Both the position numbers and the translations under genes were made by a program. This document shows, one piece after another, positions 59,606 to 64,000 of a DNA stretch of 64,000 nucleotides. Source of the stretch: Anthoceros angustus (Eukaryota; Plantae; Anthocerotophyta); NCBI GenBank assembly GCA_010909165.1, contig MU008172.1, positions 62,001 to 126,000 on the forward strand, given 5' to 3'. Below the pieces are notes generated by a model. The model was not told the DNA's origin and ran no database searches. It worked only from the letters and a program-made list of their open reading frames with translations. How positions within the stretch are numbered: the first letter of the stretch is position 1; every line of letters begins with the position of its first letter.

Positions 59606-60146
59606 CAGTCCACCCCCCCTAATTGGGACTGGTTCGGAGTGCCTTTAGAGGTCCCATTAAGGGAGTTGTCCCGATTATATTTTCCCTATTTAAAAATAAT
59701 AAAAATATTATAAACTCTAAAAAATCAAAAAATATCCAAAAACAAAGAAAATTTTAAATTTTGATTGATAGGTTTCACTAAAATTAACTTTTACCACTTC
59801 TCTATATAGTTGTTTGAAAGCTAGCGCTTTCTCTAAGCAACATCAAAAAACCTATACCTATCATAAAGGAAAAAGCTTAGCTTAAGAGTCTTCAATTACA
59901 CCTAAAAGTCTATTGTGCTTTGAAATAATCGATTCTTTTTTCTTTCTTTTTTAATTATTTTTAGTAAAAAAATAGAAATTCCATTTAGGGAGGTGAAACT
60001 AACATGAATGTATGTTTCAAAAGGTCCCAATTATTATTTAGGGAAAAATCCCATTTATTACATTGTAAACTAAAGGGAGTAGGATGGGAGGTCCCATTTA
60101 GAGAGGAATCCCATTTATAGAGTTCCCAATTAGGGGGGGCCGACTG
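59606..60146. mobile_element. MITE, same family (copy 2), same orientation
   Basis: TA|CAGTCCACCCCCCCTAATTGGGA ... TCCCAATTAGGGGGGGCCGACTG|TA; similar to copy 1 along its whole length. Confidence 0.85.
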
Positions 60147-60150
60147 TACT

Positions 60151-61350
60151 TCAACAAGGCGACAGACCTTGACAGGTGTATCCCGCAAATAAGTGCATTC
60201 CAGACAACAACGTCCTGTCCAGCCGATGAATCAAACACCTGCTTGCATCAACCATGCTCCCGGACCCTCCATACATGTGAATCAAACTCCCAGTTACAAA
60301 CAAATCAGCTTGAAGCCCTTGCTCTACAATACACGAGGCTGCCACACAAATGTCATGGAACCAGGTGCACCCACGCTTCGTTCTTTCATAGCGCTGTAGA
60401 GACGGAGCCCTTCTTGTCCCATATCCTGCTGGGAATACCCTCATGGCACTCCACATCACCACATCTTTTCCACCAACTCCGTCACCAACTCTCTCCGCAT
60501 CCTCCAGGTCGCCACAATTTGCATGTATGTTCACCAAACTACTTGCTACACACACGTCAGCTTCAAGTCCTTGCTCTCTGATCAGTGTCTGCAGATGCTT
60601 CCCCTTCACTGAAACAGGAGCCGAAGCGGAAGTCTCGCGTGCGAGCGCTCGTCTGCGTGAACTTGAAGCGGCCGGTAAGGTAGGATACAACCCGGCGGTA
60701 CTGCTATCAAATACTGCTCTTGATCTGCTACCTTGCCACTCTCGGCATACATGTTGCTGACCTGTGATGGATTCGACGTCTTGTCCATCTTGAACATATT
60801 TTGAGGCCTTGATGGCTTCCCAGTTCGCATTCGATCTCATAAAAAAGCTCTGTTTTTTAATGCGATGATTTTCTGCCATGTGTCTGCTCCGTTCTTGGGC
60901 TTTCACTGGACTCAGCTTTGAGGAGAACCTGGTTCACTCATGTTCGCCCAAGTGCTATCCAAGGGAAACACGTTGGGTGCTTGTGGCTCCTTCAGAGCCT
61001 TTTCTGGCTGAAAAATCTCGATTTTTTTCTGGTGGTCGTTTCTTCACATTCCTGCTGGGTTGAGCACATGGTCTGCCGACAAACATCTTGGCCTCAAGCC
61101 CAATTTCCGTAACATGGCCATGAATGAGTCTGCCTTCTCTAAGTGCTACTGAGGAACAGGCTTTGAGGACTGCATTAAAGACATAGTTGTTTGGTTTCTT
61201 GCCGGCCTCTTGCATCTGAAAATACAGCTGGACAGTCCTTCTACCTTGTCCATGCTTAGCATTTGCTGAGGTGATTGGAACGTATTGCACTAATGCATCT
61301 GGTGCAAGAAGTTTGCTGAACACTCCGTTTGCTTCCACCAGACAGCCGTA
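60151..61350 (-). pseudogene. PLS-class PPR pseudogene fragments
   Basis: GLEADVCVASSLVNIHANCGDLEDAERV...DVVMWSAM; GLQADLFVTGSLIHMY; GCLVEANGVF...KPNNYVFNAVLKACSS..LREGRLIH. Frameshifted. Confidence 0.8.
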
Positions 61351-62214
61351 TGTGGAACGTTCCTCCTGACAGAGCTTCGTGAGTCTTCCAAAAGACCCCA
61401 GAGAGCTTATTTTCCCGGCCTTCCCTTCGTTTCTCTCACACCTGGTTCTCACTTGTCGACCTGTAGTGTGTACCCCGACGGCACTGCGTGCACGGGCGTC
61501 GATGCAGCAGGGTCTGAATGATGTGCAGTCCATGCCACAATACTCATCAACCCAAGGGGAGTTGTGCTCACTGTCAATTTATACAGGCTCCTCCGTTATC
61601 TTGTGCACAACATCTGGTCTCTTGGTGAGCCTGTTGTCAGACCTCTGTTTAGTACCGGTACCGGTCTTCAAAGAACCTCCGCCACAGTTTAGCCAACTTG
61701 GATACATTCGTCTCATCTGCTCTTTTCCCGGTCCTGGTGCCATTCTCTCGAGTCCGTAGGCCACGAGATGCCATCTTCCCACACGCTAAGGTTTTACAGC
61801 TGTCCAGAGAAAACGTCCAAGGACGTAACAATTTCCGCACACCCCCTCGTTCTCCGGGAACTATCGAGGCTCCCCTGCACTTGGCGGCTGACGCCTGCTC
61901 CGACTCAACAATTGTCCTTACCGAAGCTGCAGCTCATTGCATTGTTGCTGCCCATCCGCCTGCCTCTGGTTCTGGCGGTGGCGCAATCTTGCCGCTGCTC
62001 CATGATGCCCTCCAACGGACATTGAGCGGGCTTCTCTGTTTTCGAGGACGGCCTCGCCGTCTCGGCGCCGGTTCGGTGGCGTGATCTACTCCAGCAGTCG
62101 GATCGGCGCCCTCGCCGTCGTCGCCCACCAGGTACGCCGCTTCCACATCTGCTTGGGCATGCAATTTCTGCTGAATTTGCAATCTTTGCTGTACAGTGTT
62201 TTCTCCCGTTGCAC

Positions 62215-64000
62215 AAATACATGGTGCACAAAGAATGTACGACCCAAATGCAGGCTCAAGGTCACCACGGAGTTTGGTTGCCAATCAACTTGTGCTCTAC
62301 AGCCCGAGAGAGGCTTCTTGTCGCAAATCTACAAAGTAGAACCAAGGCCCCTTTAAGAGGTCACAACACCAGGATTGGTCCAGACTCCGGAAAAAAGTTC
62401 AATCCTTTGCTTCCACCCTATCGGCGGCTAGCATCAACAAGGAGGACATCTTTGAGCTCGAATGTCCCCAGCAGAAACCAGCTGCAACATGCTAATTGGC
62501 CAGACGCGGACAAAAAAGTGAGCCTGTAAATTGGGACACTCACAACTTGCTATCTGCTCACCAACGTGCACGCAAAACTTCACGATGCGCCACCCGGGGA
62601 ACCGAATTACAGCGCTTCCCCAGTGCCCATATCCTGGATCATGCTTTCATCACTGTACAACCTGGTCCACGCTGATCATATCCGTCTTATCTCAGGTTTG
62701 CAGGTTTGCCGATACTGCTTCGTCTCTTCGAGTCATGGGTTACTGCACGGAATGAGACTGCCGTCAACCGTGACGGTCACTGGTCAAAAATTGTTGGACA
62801 TCACGGTTGGGCACAGACAGTACACTCCTCTGACGAGGCCTGACGTCTGTCTAGGAGGTTGACACCTGCGGTGTGTCCTTGGAAAGATGCAGGAACTGCA
62901 GCCGGCGAGGTCCACGTACAGTCGACTCCTCCCGCTGGGGTGCGGCACATCTGGGTGCTACGACAGCGAATAAGGCCCAGGGATGCCCCCTGTGATTCTT
63001 TGACCCTCCTTTTACAAGGTGTTGCCGACTAACCACAAGTCCGTTGTTGCGTCATGCTCAGGCAACTAAGAGTTGAAAGAAAGACGGCACTATTGTTGAC
63101 ATGATGCAGTTGAGTGAAAAATCCTACTCTACACAGGCACGCTTTGCTGAGCAGACGAAGCTTCCTTGGCTGCTAAGCTTTGGTAGTACTCCACCAAGAC
63201 CTTCCAGCCCCCCGGGCACATGAATCCATCGGGGAGGCTCTCCCCAGAGCGAGCGAAATTTCGCATCTGATTATGACGACAGAGGGATTAGCAACTCCCA
63301 CATTCACCACAAACTCCACTGCTAGAGGCAGAACGAAGGAGTAAGAAGTAGAGGCTTTACCTTGGTTCCGGATATGAAAAGAAAGTCTTGAGCTCTGGAG
63401 GGGTCAAAAAATGCCATCTGGCTTTTGGTCTTGTCGTAAGCAGCCACCTGCAAAGGAACAGAGGGTGGTGGGGAGTTTAGGGGACGAGGAGGGAAGCAGG
63501 GACTGTAGTCCATGGAGAAGGGTGGTCAACATACCCTGAACGGAAGAATGTTGAGCCTTTCCAGACCAGGAGCCATGCTGAGAACCATCTTGCCATGGTC
63601 GGGATCATACAGATCCCTCTTCTCAGTTGGATGGCCCATCCCAGCAGGGTCCCGACCCACAATGTAAAAGTCGGCTCCAGCGTTGATGCGGGCTTTCGCA
63701 TGCCATTGGACTTCAGTCGGTCCTGCGTAGTGCATGGGGGAGGGGAATATTGCCACAACAGTGGTCTCGGGGTCTAGAATCCCCTCTGCCAGGACCTGAA
63801 AGAACAACATGTCAGCACAGGCATCCCGTTGCTGACAGCAGAAGAAGTCGGGTGAGAAGCCAGAACCTGGTCATGTTGCTTCATGCGCCAGTCCAAGGGC
63901 ACATCGTCTTCTTTGGTGTAGCCACCCAGAGGATGCAGTAGCAGAATAGGATTTTTGAACCCCATGTCCAGCAGCCTCTTCCGGGTATCGGTCATGAGCA
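62215..64000 (+). repeat. Segmental duplicate of 50325-50463 plus 51687-53330 (Galpha flanks and APS), lacking the Galpha CDS
   Basis: Continuous alignment except at the junction accaaggcccctt|taagaggtcacaa (62353/62354), which skips 50464-51686. Confidence 0.9.
63129..64000 (-). CDS. APS: ATP sulfurylase, 3' part (5' part runs off the window); exons >64000-63867, 63795-63535, 63447-63361, 63266-63129
   Basis: [11 protein letters not shown]...[24 protein letters not shown] | [37 protein letters not shown] | VAAYDK...FLFISGTK | [28 protein letters not shown]. All in frame. Confidence 0.9.

Overview
Gene-dense nuclear DNA of a land plant. Short GT-AG introns (about 70-140 nt), GC-rich and SSR-laden promoters, several intronless genes and decayed PLS-class PPR genes suggest a seed-free plant such as a hornwort or lycophyte (inference, not proven). 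Apparently intact genes: plastid-type LEA, tRNA-Thr(AGT), MED28, allene oxide cyclase, a germin-like protein, a divergent RRP1/Nop52-like ORF, an HpcH/HpaI aldolase, a conserved unknown protein, an SRPBCC/polyketide-cyclase-like protein, an intronless ERECTA-family LRR-RLK, a clade-IVa bHLH, an intronless canonical G-protein alpha subunit, and the 3' part of an ATP sulfurylase. The 8.3-18.2 kb block is a transposon nest: a TA-flanked MITE, an L1 with its RT core inverted, a Copia inside a Copia with a GAAGA target-site duplication, and a CRE-clade RLE fragment. Most striking observations: (1) a local duplication of a Galpha-ATP sulfurylase block with reciprocal gene loss, where one copy lacks almost exactly the Galpha CDS and the other has a broken ATP sulfurylase; (2) complete absence of introns in ERECTA and Galpha; (3) a partial tRNA-Thr copy fused to the 3' tail of a local SINE-like repeat, directly behind its parent tRNA gene, which looks like a nascent SINE. 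Family assignments come from motif recognition from memory, not from database searches.
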